Positions 55,044 through 55,767 of a DNA stretch of 55,767 nt are shown piece after piece. A program made the position numbers and the translations under genes. The stretch lies in the IMG/VR virus record IMGVR_UViG_3300031973_001744, positions 1 to 55,767 of that record. One strand, written 5' to 3'. Position 1 is the stretch's first letter. Every line of letters starts with the position of its first letter. A model generated the notes under the pieces. It did no database searches, was not told the DNA's origin, and saw nothing but the letters and a program-made list of their open reading frames with translations. This DNA comes from a virus (Duplodnaviria; Caudoviricetes).

Positions 55044-55767
55044 ATTGAATTAATAATATCAATTATTTTATCTATTTCTTGAAATGTAAGATCTTGATGA
55101 TTAGGAATATAAAAACCTTTTGATTCTATTATATTACAGTTATTTAGTTCCCTATAATAATCTTTACTCATTGGTTTATTACTCATATTTCCTGCTATTA
55201 AAGGTCTTACCTCTATATTATTTTCTATTAATTTTTCTACTATTTTATTTCTATTTTCGCTTACTACTGGTATAGCAAAACTTGATATGAAATTTTCTTT
55301 ATCTATAGTTAGATTAAGATTATTATTTAATTTTTCAATATAGTATTTAAAGTTTTTATTTCTTATCTTACTATATTTTTCTAGCTTATCAATAGCTCTT
55401 AAACCTAAAAAAGCTTGCAAATCTGTAGATCTTAAATTAAATCCAGGTACATAGAAATTATATAGAGAATCGAAATCTGTTGTATGATACTTAGTTCTTA
55501 ATTCTTTTTGTTTCCATTCGGGAAGATCCCTATCCCATCCGTGACTTCTCATCATTAACAACATATGATACAATTCTTCATCATTTGTATTAATAAATCC
55601 TCCTTCGATAGTTGATAGGTGATGTCCAAAATACATTGAGAAAAAAGATGCTATGCCAAACGTTCCTAAGTATTGTTCTTTATATTTTGAACCCATACTC
55701 TCACAAACATCTTCTAGAAGTATCACATCATATTGCTGACATAATTCAATTACTTTATCCATTTCTG
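55040..55767 (-). CDS. ColD-like GDP-4-keto-6-deoxymannose 3-dehydratase (DegT family); 5' end beyond window
   Basis: LEDVCES.G, SMYFGHHLSTIEGG (His in place of the PLP Lys), RSHGW and GFNLR; adjacent to gmd; frame open to the window edge. Confidence 0.8.
   Translation of the reverse strand, partial: EMDKVIELCQQYDVILLEDVCESMGSKYKEQYLGTFGIASFFSMYFGHHLSTIEGGFINTNDEELYHMLLMMRSHGWDRDLPEWKQKELRTKYHTTDFDSLYNFYVPGFNLRSTDLQAFLGLRAIDKLEKYSKIRNKNFKYYIEKLNNNLNLTIDKENFISSFAIPVVSENRNKIVEKLIENNIEVRPLIAGNMSNKPMSKDYYRELNNCNIIESKGFYIPNHQDLTFQEIDKIIDIINSI

Noticed and set aside
43126-55767. Host bacterial O-antigen locus adjoining a prophage
   Set aside because: No flippase, polymerase or att/integrase; the cluster runs into phage-type genes with the same packing and composition. 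A chimeric assembly cannot be fully excluded without reads.
1-55767. Stop-codon reassignment, tRNA genes, introns or inteins
   Set aside because: Genes are full length in the standard code and end in TAA, TAG and TGA. No cloverleaf/T-loop motifs or interrupted conserved genes were noticed by eye (tRNAscan not run).

Overview
This window is a segment of a large, AT-rich, T4-like (contractile-tail) dsDNA phage genome read in the standard bacterial code. The host is most likely a Bacteroidetes/Flavobacteriia, judged from Bacteroidetes-like promoters, a T9SS-cargo-like gene and a lipoprotein signal. Left to right: (1) a multi-module cytidyltransferase/HExxH protein missed by the ORF track, then a PD-(D/E)XK nuclease, a primase and a GIY-YIG nuclease; (2) tail/baseplate genes on the - strand that are strongly enriched in [S/T]-G-S; (3) a + strand block with an HD hydrolase, a gp55-like sigma factor and baseplate hub, gp25-like and gp6-like genes; (4) a cluster of proteins sharing N-terminal leaders ending in hydrophobic-x-Glu (candidate protease-processed internal head proteins); (5) a non-coding island with a 9-bp periodic repeat; (6) about 12 kb of small early-type genes driven by a repeated promoter/leader cassette (13 promoter copies in the window, all with a 20-nt spacer); (7) a glycan biosynthesis cluster of more than 12.6 kb (glycosyltransferases, methyltransferases, DegT+WbqC, an unusual NeuB-dehydrogenase-enolase-NeuA module, Gmd, ColD-like). 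The best candidates for undescribed systems are phage-encoded virion glycosylation with a possible [S/T]GS acceptor motif and an unusual ulosonic-acid pathway, and a Glu-cleaved leader/polyprotein cargo system. All family calls are motif recognition by eye; no database search was run. No tRNA, rRNA, CRISPR array or IS element was seen.
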